Positions 1 through 14,209 of a DNA stretch of 64,000 nt are shown here, piece after piece (position 1 is the first letter of the stretch; every line of letters begins with the position of its first letter). A program made the translations under genes and the position numbers. Below the pieces are notes generated by a model. It ran no database searches. It saw nothing but the letters and a program-made list of their open reading frames with translations, and was not told the origin of the DNA. This stretch comes from Dictyostelium discoideum (lineage: Eukaryota): NCBI GenBank assembly GCA_000004695.1, contig CM000152.2, positions 928,001-992,000 of the forward strand. Direction: 5' to 3'.

Positions 1-461
1 GTACCTAACCAATAATGATCAATACCTTGTTTAATCTTTATTTTCCATCCAACTTTTTCTTGTTCATGTTTTGGTTTAATTGATACAATAATATCATCTT
101 CTTTAATTTCTTCTGGTGTTTTATTTGTTGTTGTTGTTGTTGTTGTTGTTGTTGAATTATTTTTATTATTATTATTATCAGTTGGTGGGGTTGTTGAAAA
201 AAATCTTTTTTCAAATGAAGATAGCGCATATTTATTTAATTCAAATTTTTGAATTTTATTTAAAGTTGATTGTGATGATAATGATAAAAATTCATCGTTT
301 ACAATTTTATTACTATTTATTCTATTATTATTAATATTATTATTATATACTATATTTCTTTTTTGTTGATTAAAAATATATTGAATTGGTGTTGAAATAA
401 ATGATGGTTTTGTCACTATTCCAATTGAAATTTTATGTTGTAATGATATAATTGAATTCAT
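1..461 (-). CDS. N-terminal part of an unknown protein. The CDS starts at the ATG at 461..459 and runs off the left edge of the window. The protein begins MNSIISLQHKISIGIVTKPSF and includes a polyT/N tract.
   Basis: The minus-strand frame is open from the ATG at 461 to position 1. The (ACA)n/(AAT)n codon runs are typical of dictyostelid coding sequence. No recognisable domain. Confidence 0.4.
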   Translation of the reverse strand, partial: MNSIISLQHKISIGIVTKPSFISTPIQYIFNQQKRNIVYNNNINNNRINSNKIVNDEFLSLSSQSTLNKIQKFELNKYALSSFEKRFFSTTPPTDNNNNKNNSTTTTTTTTTNKTPEEIKEDDIIVSIKPKHEQEKVGWKIKIKQGIDHYWLG

Positions 462-565
462 TTTTTTCTTTTTTTTTTTTTTTTTTTAATATATGTTTAA
501 ATGATTTTTCTTTTTTTTTTTTTTAAAAAAAAAAATGATGTTCAATGAAAAATTTTATAAGTTTA

Positions 566-610
<45 letters not shown>

Positions 611-1408
611 TATATTTTAAATTTAGTTTTTAGATTTTTATTTATTTTAAATTTATTTGTTTTTTAAATTTATTTTATTTTATTTATTTATTATTTATTG
701 ATAATTTTCTTTATCTGTTTCATATGTCGTTTTCAATTTCGACTGAATTGCAAAAAAAAAAAAAAAAAAAAAAAAAAATTAAAAATTAAAAAAAAAAAAA
801 AAAAATATTTCAATTTTTTGAAAAAAAAAAAGTGAAAAATTAATAAAAAAAAAACAAATTATTCCATCATTATGGCAAAATTTTGCACTATGTTTAATTT
901 TTTTAATTTTATTTTCTTATAAAAAAAAAACAAATAATGACTTGATCATTACCTATTCTTGGATCAATTTTATTTTATTCTATTTTATTTTAATTTATTT
1001 TAATTTATTTTAATTTATTTTAATTTGTTTTAATTTATTTTAATTTATTTTTATTTTATTTTTATATATTAGGAATCATATCTATTTTATTTAATTTTTT
1101 TTTTTTTTTAAACTTGGGATTTATACCTTTAAAATAAAATAAAAAAAAAAAAAAATATATTTTTAAAATAAAAATTAGTTTTTTTTTAAAAAATATTTTG
1201 ATCAAAGTAAAATAAAAAATTTATTTAGTTTTTTTAATCTTTTCGAAAATGTTATTTTCGGTAACAGATAACAGAAAATTACTTTCATAAAAAATGGGGG
1301 AAGTATAAAAAAAAAAAAAAAAAAATCTTAAAAGAAATCAAAAAAAAAAAAGACAAATATATTTATATCATTACATTTATTTTATTACATTTATTTATGT
1401 TATTAGAT

Positions 1409-3375
1409 TTATTTAATTAAACGATATCCTTTTAAACCATTATAAACTGGTACAACGGATAAATCTTTATAGTATTCCATATCTAATGAAACATATTTTA
1501 TATTTTTACCATTAAATTCATATTGAGCACCTTGTAACTCACTGATTGCTCTACCAACATTTGAAGACATTGTACCAATGAATAGTTCACAACGAGATGC
1601 AATTACAGCTTCAGTATGCATAAGCATACCGTGATCGATTCTGTCTGATTTCGGATCAAAAGCATAATGAGCAATATCTTGATAATTCATTCTATCAACA
1701 CCCTCAACCCAATGTATATTATATTTTTCTTTCATAGTTTTTTTATTCCATTCTAAAGCTTCGTTAATTGAAATTTGGTCATCTGTCATTATGAAAATTT
1801 CTGTAATTTCATCAAACGCTCTATAATTTAATTTATTATAGCCTTCGATTTTTTGTTGTTTTAAAAGAGTTTGTAATATATCTGCATAATATTTAAAAGG
1901 GAAAATATTTGATTCTTTAATTTTATCACCATGTCTAACATGAATTGATATACATCTTGGTTGATAATTTTCCTTAAAAACTCGTCTTGTTGTTTTTCCA
2001 ATAAATTCTCGTAATGAGAATGTTGGTGAAACCATATAATCTAATAGAAATGACCGTGCTTGGTATCCATTAACAAATGTGGAACTTGCTTCAGGTGGGA
2101 TATAATTATTTAAAAGACCCTTATAACCAGTATCCTTTGTGGCATATAATAAATCAATATCAGTTTGATTGTTTTTAATACCTAATATCTCTCTTTTATC
2201 TTTATTTTCAATTTTAATATTATCACAACTAAATTAATAAAATATTATTAGTAAGTAGTGTTGTGGGTTTTTTTATAGATATCTATAATAATAATAATAC
2301 ATACGGTGATAATTGTAGATATAAATCATTTATTAAACCATATTTAAAACCACCTTGATTAGGTATAAACATTCTATTATCAAACATTGTTAATAATAAT
2401 CTATAGGAACTTAGATGATGTGCTGAAAACATACCAGAAGTTTGGTACTCATTTATTAGTGATCGTTGAGTTTGACAATCGAATGATTTTGGGAATTGAA
2501 GTTCTTCTAAATTTTTAATTACATTCACCAATTTTGAATTTGGATTTATTGATGATAATGTAACCAAATGAATAATTCGAGTTTGTCTTTGTATTGGATG
2601 ATTAATTACTCTGTATTGTTTATGATGTGTTAAAAATTCATCTAAACCTAAATGAAATAATTGAAAATTTGAAAATTGTCCAAAGAAATAAACTTTTCCG
2701 AAAATTCTTAGATTTTTATAACTTTTTGATTTAAAATTATCGTATCCGATATAACTGTAAATTGATTTTTCATATTGAATTGGATCATTTGGATGTCGTT
2801 CTGGTAGAATTATGAAAATGATAGAATAATTTGGAACATCTTCAATACTATAAACAATTTGTATATTTTTTTCTATATATCCCATTTCAGTTGCATGGAT
2901 CTTAATAAATTCTTCACTAAAATACATTGACCTATTATTTTTTGGTTCATCAATGTAAATATAAACTTGACTATTTTCATTCATTTGAGTGTAATAATCA
3001 ACCATTGGTCTATAAAATATATCATCCTCATATACAAATCTAATTTTATGGTAATTTGAAACACCTTCCATATAATTTGTTGATATTGGGTTTGATGGAA
3101 CTGTTTTCGTTTGAGTAGTTGTTGGTGTTGATGTTGATGTTGGTGTTGGTGTTGGTGTTGGTGTTGGTGTTGGTGTTGGTGTTGGTGTTGGTGTTGGTGT
3201 TGATGTTGATGTTGGTGTTTGTGTTGGTGTAGGTGTAGGTGTTGATGTTGATGTTGGTGTTGGTGTTGGTATTGGTGTTGATGTTGGTGTTGATGTTGGT
3301 GTTGGTATGGTTTGTAATTCTGTCTCTGTTTCTGTTTTTGTTGATGAGGAACTGAGATGGGTATAAATTTCCCAT
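1409..3375 (-). CDS. GDP-fucose-dependent fucosyltransferase-like protein of the GT11/GT23 superfamily. Exons are approximately 3375/3071..2305 and 2230..1409, with a 74-bp GTATGT...TTTAG intron at 2231..2304.
   Basis: The C-terminal exon carries the motif-I signature CISIHVRHGDK (compare FUT1/2 HVRRGDY and FUT8 HVRRTDK), followed by FPFKYYADIL. Splice phases are consistent (CC|gtatgt ... ag|T gives Pro). The N-terminus is ambiguous because of a (GGTGTT)n repeat at 3110-3310. Confidence 0.55.
3110..3310. repeat. (GGTGTT)n/(AACACC)n hexanucleotide microsatellite of about 200 bp with interspersed GATGTT units.
   Basis: Direct reading. Three overlapping minus-strand ORFs encode (NT)n, (HQ)n and (TP)-like tracts. 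Confidence 0.9.
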
Positions 3376-4373
3376 TTACTGTCAAACTTGGAAAATAAAA
3401 ATAATCCTTAAAAAAATTGATTTAGTTTTTTATTTTTTTTATTTTTTTTTTTTTTTTCAAAATTAAAAATAAATATTAATATAAATATTATGAGCTTAAA
3501 ATATATAAGATTAGAAAAATAAATTTGTTGTTAAAAGTAACTATTAAAATTTACCAGAATTCAGGTAAAGTATTATTATTACAAAAAATAAAATATATAA
3601 AGAAAATAATTTCTTTTTAAAAATCATTTTTTCTTTTTTATGGTTATTAAAAATAACAAAATTATTTCAAGTTATTTAAGATAGTTATTTTTTGATTTTT
3701 TTTTGAAAAAAAAAAAAATTGGTAAAAAATAAATTAAAATAATTTTGAAACTTGGATTATCTATTATAAAAATATTTTTTTTTTTTGTTTAAAATGATTT
3801 AAAAAAAAAAAAAAAAATTAAAAAAATAAAAGAAAAAAATGATCAAAAATTGAAAAAAATTTGTTTGGTATGGATAAGATTAAAAAAAATATAAAAAAAA
3901 AAAAAAAAAAAATTTGAAATCGTTTTTTTTTTTTTTAAATCATTTTTTTTAAAAAAATTAAGTTTTAATCTTAATTTTTTTAAAAAAATGATTTTAAAAA
4001 ACTATTTTTATTTTTATAACTAACTTTATAAATTTGTGGAAAAAAAAAAAAAAAAACAGAAAAAGAAAATAAATTCCAATCTTTTTAACAATAAAAATAA
4101 ATCTAAAATCAAAATTTAGATTTTAACTAATGTGTAAATTTTCCAAAGTTTTGACAAATATCAAAATGAAAAAATTACCATAATAGGCATTTTAATAAAA
4201 ATTTTATTTTAATTTTAATTTTCTTTTTCTTTTTTTTTTTTTTTTTTCAATTTTTTTTTTTTTTTTTTTTTTTTTTCACATTTATTTTTTTTTTTTTTTT
4301 TTTTTTTTTTTTATTAATCACATTTGAACATAAATTAATAAATAAATAAATTAAATAAATAAATGATTATAAA

Positions 4374-6337
4374 ATGAATAAAGAGTTTCTTTCAATAATA
4401 TATAATCACCTAAGTTGTTTAAACTTTTCAGTGTTACCAAAGATGGTTAAACAAAAACAAACTTCGATCACTAGTAATAGTAACCCAAGTGATATAGTTT
4501 GGAATAAATTTTTACAATCTTTTAGTAATCTATCAAATTGTGAATTCTCATATTATAAATTTACATATCTTTCAATGAAAACCAATAATCTTCAAGATGT
4601 TTATGTAACAATTTTAAATGAACTTAGAATCATATGTAATTTAAATAAATCTAATACTGGTAATAGTAGTAATACAATAACAAGTCCAACTTTTTTAAAT
4701 AGTAATAATAATAGTGGCCCAACATCACCAACAACAATCACAACAACAACAACAACAACAACAGTTCAAACAACACCAACTTCGACACCAACAAAAAATA
4801 CATCATCATTCACTTTTGCATCATTATTAAAATCACCAACATCATCACAACAACAACAGCAACAACAACAACAGCAACAACCTAAACCACTAACACAACA
4901 ACAAATTGATGATCAAAACTCTGAAAATTCATTCTTTTTAACATTAGTTCAACAAACATGCGTTATACTTCAAGTTAGAGTCGACATGATTGGTATTTAT
5001 CAATCATTATTACAATTGTTAATAAATCAAGATTTAAATATTGAAACAATTGAAAATGCATTGGATTTAATACCGATAATATATAAAGATAAAATAACTC
5101 ATCCATTACTCATTCAAATTAAAACAAATATAAAGTAAGTAATTTATTTATTCATTTATTTATTCATTTATTTTCAAATAATTTAAATAGAGAAATTATT
5201 AATCATTAATAATAAAAATAAAAAAAAGTTATGAAATATCAATATTAAAGAATTTATTAAAAGCACATACTTTTGTATCAAAACATGAATTTAAAGATTC
5301 AATATTATTATTATATAAATCAAAGATAGAATTGGATCAATGGAGAGAAACTGAAAATGGATTACATTCAACAGGTACTACACATAAACATTCATCATCT
5401 TCTTCTTCTTCATCATCAAATCATCATAATGATAGATGGACATCGAATCATATTCATCAATGGTTATCAATGTTTCATAATTCAATATTATCAAAATCAA
5501 CCTTATATTTTTATTTCCCATTATTAAATGTTGAAGAAGAAATTGGTGGTACTTCTTCTTCATTTAAAGAAATTTATCAAAAAAATGCTCCAGATTATAT
5601 TTCAATGTATGTATTTTTTTTTTAATATTACACTATTAATAATTAATTTATTAATTTTTTTTATATTTAGAATTGAAAATTTTTGTTCAAAAAATGGAGT
5701 ATTATTTTTTGGATTAATTTTTGAAGCTAAGAATAGAAATTATAATAAGATTGGATATAGTTTTATAGAACCCGAAAGTGTTGGTGGATTAGGTGCATTT
5801 CCATTACTTTTCTATTATCCATTGGATAAATCACCAATGCAACATTTACCAAATATCATTGGTTTAATAATGCAAAACTATCAATCATTAGAAAGACCAA
5901 ATGATATTTTATATTATTTAGATTGTAGAAAAGTTAAAGATACAGGTTATAGAAATAATGAAAATAGTAGTGGTAGTAGTAGTAGTACAAATGGTGGTAG
6001 TACTAATAGTGGTTTTGGAATTAGTAGTAGCGGTGGAGTTAGTGGTAATAATAGTAATAGTAATAATAATATCAATAGTGGTTATAATAATAATAGTGGT
6101 GTTGTTAGTGGTGGCGGTAGTAGTAGTAGTAGTTTTAAAGTTGTAACAACCTATGATGAATATATAACTTATTTCATTTCAAGAGTTGAACAACAAGGTG
6201 TATTAGTTTCAATTATTTTCAAAGATATAAAAAAACAAAAGGATCAACACATTAATGAATTCTTAAAACTTTTAATTAATTCATTAAGAATGAATGATGT
6301 AATTTCAATACTTAGACAAAGAGATCAATCAAAATAA
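4374..6337 (+). CDS. Hypothetical protein of about 600 aa with S/T/Q-rich low-complexity regions. Three exons: 4374..5134, 5229..5606 and 5671..6337.
   Basis: GTAAGT donor at 5135 and AG acceptor at 5227-5228 join the frames in phase 2/1. GTATGT donor at 5607 and TTTAG acceptor at 5669-5670 join phase 2 to exon 3. ORF-track proteins 4374..5138, 5332..5625 and 5528..6337 become contiguous. No recognised domain. Confidence 0.55.
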
Positions 6338-6440
6338 AATTTCTTTTTTTTTTTAATAGCATATATAATTTATACTTTTTTTAATTTATATCTTTTTTTA
6401 TTATTATTATTTTTTTTTTTTTAAAAAAAGTTTATTTATT

Positions 6441-7515
<1,075 letters not shown>

Positions 7516-8198
7516 TTCTAAAAATTGTATTTATTATAATTTAATTTTTAATAATATTGATTAGAAAAAAAATTATTTTATTTTTTATTTATTTGTTTGT
7601 TTGTTTAAATTGAATGATGAAAAAAAAAAAAAAAAAAAATATTTATATAAAATTTAAAATGATGATTGTATAAGGAAAATAGATAATTTATTTTAAAAGT
7701 TTCGTTGGTTTAAAAAAGCATGCTTTTTTTTATTTTTATATTATTATTAATTTTTTTTATTATTTGCAATTGTGGTATTGTTTATTTAATTATTAAAATT
7801 TAATGTTGCACTTTTATTATTAAATTAAAGGCGGTGAGTCAAACTAATAATTCGATATAATTTTATGGGGGGGTTGCTTGTTTTTTTTTACACGTGTCAT
7901 TTTTTTTTTTTTTAATATTTTTTATTTTTTTATTTTTATTTTTTTATATTAGTCAACAAAATGTAATCATGATTTCCTAAAATAAATAAACTGATGTTTT
8001 AGGGGGCAGTAATTACTTTTTTTATTTTTTTATTTTTTTGTTTTTTTTTTTCTTAATTTAATTTCTGAAATATTATGAAATTAAAAAAATTCTAAAAAAA
8101 GTTTTTTTTTTTGTTTTTTTCAAATTTTTAATTTTTTTATTTTTTTATTTTTAAAAAAAAAAAAAAAAAAAAAAAAAGTAAAAACTAAAACTAAAATA

Positions 8199-9639
8199 AT
8201 GAGCGATCCCTCAAATAATAAAAATGATAGTAATATAGACCTTTATAAAAATATAAATCCCAAAAATTTTGAAAATATAGAAATACCCAATAGAGAACAA
8301 TTCCAAAATTTTCAGCAACATAATAATTATTTTCAACAACAACAACAACCTTCATCACATAATAGTTATCAACCCCATCGACAACAATTTAATCCATATG
8401 GTAATAGGGATACAAGTTACAATCCATACAAAAAAGATAGAGATAACTATAATAATAATAGTGGTGGTGGTGGTAGTAGTATTCGTCAACAACAACAGTT
8501 ACATTTTATAAAGAAACAAAATGAAATTGTATCATCTCACTATGATAATAAACAAAATACACCAATTCATATAAGAGCACAAAGTAAAATCATATCATTA
8601 AAGAATATAAATAATTGGGTTAAATCAATGTTAATTCAAGAATACTCTAAACCAAATACAATAGTTTTCGATATTTGTGGTGGCAAGTTAGGTGATTTAC
8701 AAAAATGGATAAAAGCACAAATTAAATCATTGATTGTATCAGATATTTCTTTAGAATCTTTAAAACATGGTCTTGAGAGATACAATCAAAAATTAAATTA
8801 TATTCATTTCAATATAACAATGATTGCAGTTGATTGCTTTTCTTCAAAATTATTAGATGTTTTTCCAAAGCAACCCTCATCGAATAAATTAAAAAATAAA
8901 AAAAAGAAAATAAATAATAATAATAATGAGGAGGATAATTCAAGTGAATCTGAAAATGAACAAGAAGATGAAGATGATGATGATGATTATGAAAATGAGG
9001 AATTATTAAAAGTTAATTTAGTTAGTTGTCAATTCGCTTTACATTATTCATTTAGAACTGAAGAAAGTGCAAGATCTCTCTTAAAAAATGTTTCTTCTGT
9101 TTTAGAAGATGGTGGTCATTTCATTGGTACAATACCAAATTCTTGTTTAATTGTGTAAGTTTAATTTTAATTTTTTTTTTTTTTTACTTTTTTTATTTAA
9201 AACCTTTTACCTTTTAGTAGGGGGGTATAGTATACTAATATATATATTTTTTTTTAAAAAAAAAGGAAAAAATTAAGAGAATCAAAAAGTAATAAATTTG
9301 GGAATGAAGTTTTTAAAATTGAATTTAAAGAAAAAGAACCAAATTTTAGTGCATTTGGATGTGCATATAATTTTTTTTTAGAGGATGCAATTGACTTTTT
9401 AGAAGAGTATTTAGTTCACATTGATGTTTTAATTGAATTGGCAAGAGATTATCAATTAGAAATAGTTTCACATTCAAATTTTCATAATTTAATCTATGAA
9501 AAATCAAAATCAAAACCATCACATGATTTACTTAGAAAAATGAATTGTTTTAATTCAAATAATACAATTTCACAAGCTGAATGGGATGCATTAGGAATTT
9601 ATAAAACTTTTGTTTTTAAGAAAATTGGTAATGGTGAAA

Positions 9640-9681
<42 letters not shown>

Positions 9682-9743
9682 GTAATAATAATGATTACAA
9701 AGCAAAAAGTTTATCAAATGATGATATAATTGTAAATTTATAA
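8199..9743 (+). CDS. rnmt: mRNA cap guanine-N7 methyltransferase (RNMT/Abd1 family). Two exons: 8199..9154 and 9266..9743.
   Basis: Cap-methyltransferase signatures: NWVKSMLIQEY, VFDICGGKLGDLQKW (AdoMet motif I), VSCQFALHYSF, and the KFGNEVFKIEF family motif in exon 2. GTAAGT donor at 9155 and aaaag acceptor at 9264-9265 are phase-consistent (GT+G gives Val). There is an acidic D/E insert and a Q/N-rich N-terminal extension. Confidence 0.8.
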
Positions 9744-9790
9744 AATAAAAAAAATAAAATTAAATATAATGTTTATAAAATTATAAAATT

Positions 9791-9795
9791 TTAAA

Positions 9796-9886
<91 letters not shown>
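9791..9886. repeat. (ATT)n microsatellite of about 95 bp. It lies in the 139-bp gap between the convergent 3' ends of the cap-methyltransferase and HEAT-repeat genes.
   Basis: Direct reading. Confidence 0.9.
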
Positions 9887-9887
<1 letters not shown>

Positions 9888-11431
9888 AAATTTTTCTAAA
9901 ATCTTTATTTTCATTTTGAATACTATCGGAATGATTTGGAAAAATAAAAGTTTTTGTAATTTTTTCTAAATCATAAAGTGTAGAACGAGCATGATATTTA
10001 CAAACTTCATCTTGATCATAGAATTCAACATTTTTCAAAGTGTTATAGATTGATTTCAATTCATCAGGAATAACTTGGAAAGAGGACATACCCAAACCTT
10101 GAAGTAATTGTTGAAATATAAAGATGGCACCTCTTCTAACTTCGATTTCAGGATCAGATTTTAGAATTGAATTTGTACAAAGTAAAATTTCAACTAAATA
10201 ACTATCGATTGAATAATGCATCATTTCACAAAGTGTTGCTAAATTTGAAAGACTGCTAGTTCTAACACCAACTGAATCATCTCTACAACCCAATAGAAAG
10301 GTGGGAACTAATTGAGTGGCATAGTTTGGCAACATTTCACCACAACGTTGAGAGATTTGAATTAAAGCTTCACCCAATTTCATTCTCTTTGATTCTTGAA
10401 ATGATTTATTTAAAAATGATTCAATCAATATTGGTAATATTCTATTTGGATAAATATCACCTAACGCCGATAAACCATTAATTGAACAACCATAAATAAA
10501 TGTATCATCATCATTAACTTGAGTTTTAAAAATTTCTAAAACATTCTTTAAATTTTGTTCAATTAAACCACTCTTTGATAAAACTAATCTTCTTAATTCA
10601 ATTAAAGCATGTGCTCTAATTGGTAATAATGGATGACTTAAATCATTTAAAATCTCTTTTAATTTATTACCTTGTTCATTTGGTGAATTATTATTATCAT
10701 CATTGATATTACTATTATTATTATTATTATCATTAATTAACCAAATTGGTTTCTTTGCAGTTATAATTGTTTTAATTTGAGAAGCCATTGTTGAAATCAT
10801 TTCATTTGAATGATAAGATAATTGTTCAACTAAAGATAAAAGATCGAATATAATGATTTCTTCATCTTTTCTTACTTTAATTTCACCAGTTAATAGGGTT
10901 GTTAAAATGCCTAGGGATAGAGTTAACGATTCAATATCTTCTTCATCCTCTTTACCACTATTAAATTTTGAGATTGATCTTGATAACATAACTTTAATAA
11001 ATGTACAAACTTGAATTACATTCTTTAGAACAGCAACACCTAACCCTTCACTCATGATAATGATGAATTGAATGAGTACATAATATTGGTGACCTCTTTT
11101 CGTGTCTTTTCTTTGTTGAAGTATTGAAAATTCATTTAATAAATCAACGAATAAATCACCAGCTAAACTATCACCTTTCATAATTTCAAATATTGATACT
11201 ATACAATCTGCTTCCCATTTGAAATCTCTATCATTATATGAAATATATTTACCAACAACACCACCATTCTCACCCATACTAAATGATAATGTTAATATTT
11301 CATCTTCATCTATTTCTTTTTTATCTTCATTTTCATCTTGATCTATTATATCTTCTAAATCTAAAAGTGATGATTTAATTGTTGTTTTATTTGATGTTGT
11401 TCTTTATTAATTTTATCTGAATTATTATTAA

Positions 11432-11486
<55 letters not shown>

Positions 11487-11885
11487 TGTTGAAATTTGAT
11501 TATCTAATTCTTTATTTTTTTTATTGGTAAAAATTAAATTTTTTAATTGTAATACAGAGTCATTTGAAAATTTGAAAAATGAAGATAAAATCTCTTTACA
11601 AGATATTTTTAATGAAGAAATTGATTTCGAAACAAAACAATATAATTGAAATAAAGTTGGAATAACTAATAGTTTTATATATATATATATATTAAAAATA
11701 TTAGAATTTAAAATACTTTTTTTTTTTTTTTAATTTTTTTTTTATTTAAAAACTTACTTTTTGAAATTGAATTTAAAAAGATTTGATTAAGTGATAACTT
11801 TGAAATTAATTTATGAATATCTTCAATTGAAAAGAATAAATCAACTTCTTTAATTATAATATTATCTTTACTAGTAGTTTCATCA

Positions 11886-11970
<85 letters not shown>

Positions 11971-12901
11971 TAGTTGTAGTTATATTAGTATGTTGTTGGA
12001 AAGATAAAAATGGATTTAAAATTGGATCAATTATATATTTAATGGTTAAATGTGGTTGATTATTTAACATTGTTTCAATTATTGATAAAACTGTTTCCAA
12101 TATCTTTCCTTTACTATCTCTATCACGTTGATGTAAGAGATCAATGATTTGAGGTGAAATTTTACTATAATATTCATCAACTTTCATAGTTGAGGGTACA
12201 GTTGTAATTAATTTAACTATATTACCTAATGATTTATTTGAAGTTTTACCATAACTACTATTTGATAAAATTGTATATAAAATGATTTTAATTGATTGTG
12301 GTCTCATTAAACATTTTGATAACATTATACCAATGCATTTTGTCAACCAAATTGGTTGATCATCACCACCACCACTACCACCACCACTTAGTAATAACAT
12401 TAATGATTCAAAAACCAATTCAGGATAAATTCCAAATAATAATGAATCCAATTCTTTAGCAACTAATTGTTTTTCATTTAATGTTAATGGTGATGATTTT
12501 AAATTTATTAATTGTAATAATGATGCGAATAAATCTGATAAATATCTTGAAGCTATAATTGAATTTAAATCTGTATTTAATTTTCTAATTTCAATTAAAG
12601 TACTAATGAAATGATTTAATTGAAAACAACAATACTTTTCATTATCTCTATATATTTTACTAGCATCACCACCATCGCCATGATTATTATTAAAGATTTG
12701 TTCAATAACTAAACTACTACTTGATACTCTTTTACCCATTGGTACACCAATACCTTTTGAAAAACATGGTGATATAATCCATCCAATTAATAAATCTAAT
12801 GAACTTTTTATTGTTTTTTGATCCTAAATATTTAATATTAAAAAAAAAAAAAAAATTATTTTATATTAGAATTTGAAAAATATTTTGTATATAAATTAAA
12901 C

Positions 12902-12971
<70 letters not shown>

Positions 12972-13535
12972 CCTCCATACATTTAAAGAAATTTGAAAAT
13001 CTATAGGATTACTTTTAACAATTTCTAATAAAATCTCTATCATTAATAAAGAGTATTTTAATTTAATTTTGAATTCATTAAGTGAATAGTTATTATTATT
13101 GTTATTGTTGTTAGTTTCATTAATATTTATATTTGTTAAATCATTTAAAACTTTTGAAAAGTATTGAAACTTTTCATTATACCTATTTATCATTAATAAA
13201 ATATCTTGATTTTTTTGTTGTGTTTTAATATAATGATTATCTTCATTATGATATTCTCTTTCATATTGATCATCTTGATCATCATCTTCATCTTCATCAT
13301 TAATTTCTAATGATTCTAAATCGTCTGGGGTTAAGTTATTTGTTGGTATTTTTGAAGGTAATTTCTCTTTTTTACCTATATCTTGGTTATTTGAATGTTG
13401 AAGTTCAAATAAAACTTTATTTAAATTCTCATCTATTGCTGCCCATAATTTTATTGGTATCTCAGGTTTTGATGAAATATTATACACAAAACTAACTAAA
13501 GAACTAAGGTTATTAAATAATAAGGTTGTGTTCAT
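9883..13535 (-). CDS. HEAT/ARM-repeat protein resembling TANGO6/Rtp1 (RNA polymerase II import factor family). It is multi-exon; ORF blocks lie at 13535..12861, 12739..11708 and 11277..9883. The internal exon structure between 11278 and 11707 is unresolved.
   Basis: Three co-oriented long ORFs share helical-repeat composition. One carries the motif SHPLLPIRAHALIELRRLV, which I recall as the conserved Rtp1/TANGO6 C-terminal motif. Combined size is about 1100 aa, matching the family. Intronic low complexity includes an (AT)35 run at 12898-12968. Confidence 0.45.
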
Positions 13536-14209
13536 TTAAGCAGAGTTGTAATGAAAATTAATTAAAAAAAAAAAAAAGTTAAAAATTCACAACGAAAAAA
13601 AAAAATCTTTTTTTTTGAAAATATTTTTTTTTTATTTTTTTTTTTATTTTTTTTTCCACACAATCCTTTGGTTGGAGATTCCGAAGGAAATAATTTTTTT
13701 TGTTTGTAAACATTCTTAATGTACATAATTCAAGATATTGTAAATTTATTGATTTAATTTTTTATAAAATATAGAGTGATCTATTTATCTATACTAAACC
13801 CATATCAAAAATAAATAAAATAAAATCATTTTTAAAATTAAAAATGAAAATTAAAATTGTCCAAGAAATTCCTAAAAAAAAAAATAATTAAAAAAAATAA
13901 AAGAAATCATAGATATTTTTTTTTTAATATGCATTTTATTGCAATAATAAATAATAGTTTTTTTTTTTTAATTTTATTATAATAGATTTAAAAAAAAAAA
14001 AAAAAACAAAATAAAAGAAAATGATATATAATTGAAAAAAAAAAATAAAATAAAAAAAAAAAAAAAGAAAGAAGAGGTTTTAAACAATATGTTTTAATAC
14101 CTAAACTTTTTTTTTTTTTTTTAAATTTCCTTTTTTTTTTTTCCTTCTTTTTTTTGTGTGTTTTTTTTTTTTTTTTTTTTTTCTTCTTTTTTTTTTTTTT
14201 TTAATAAAA

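Noticed and set aside
5332-5625. ORF-track 'M' starts that are actually TTG or GTG codons (for example 5332, 48692, 49943, 52793, 54939, 62396, 61201).
   Set aside because: Eukaryotic nuclear genes do not initiate at TTG/GTG. These ORFs are internal exon segments, and the gene models were rebuilt by joining them through introns.
12898-12968. (AT)35 dinucleotide run read by the ORF track as a polyIY coding tail of ORF 12861..13535.
   Set aside because: It is a palindromic AT repeat and most likely intronic. A splice donor must lie upstream of it, because the downstream exon (12739..) is in a different frame.
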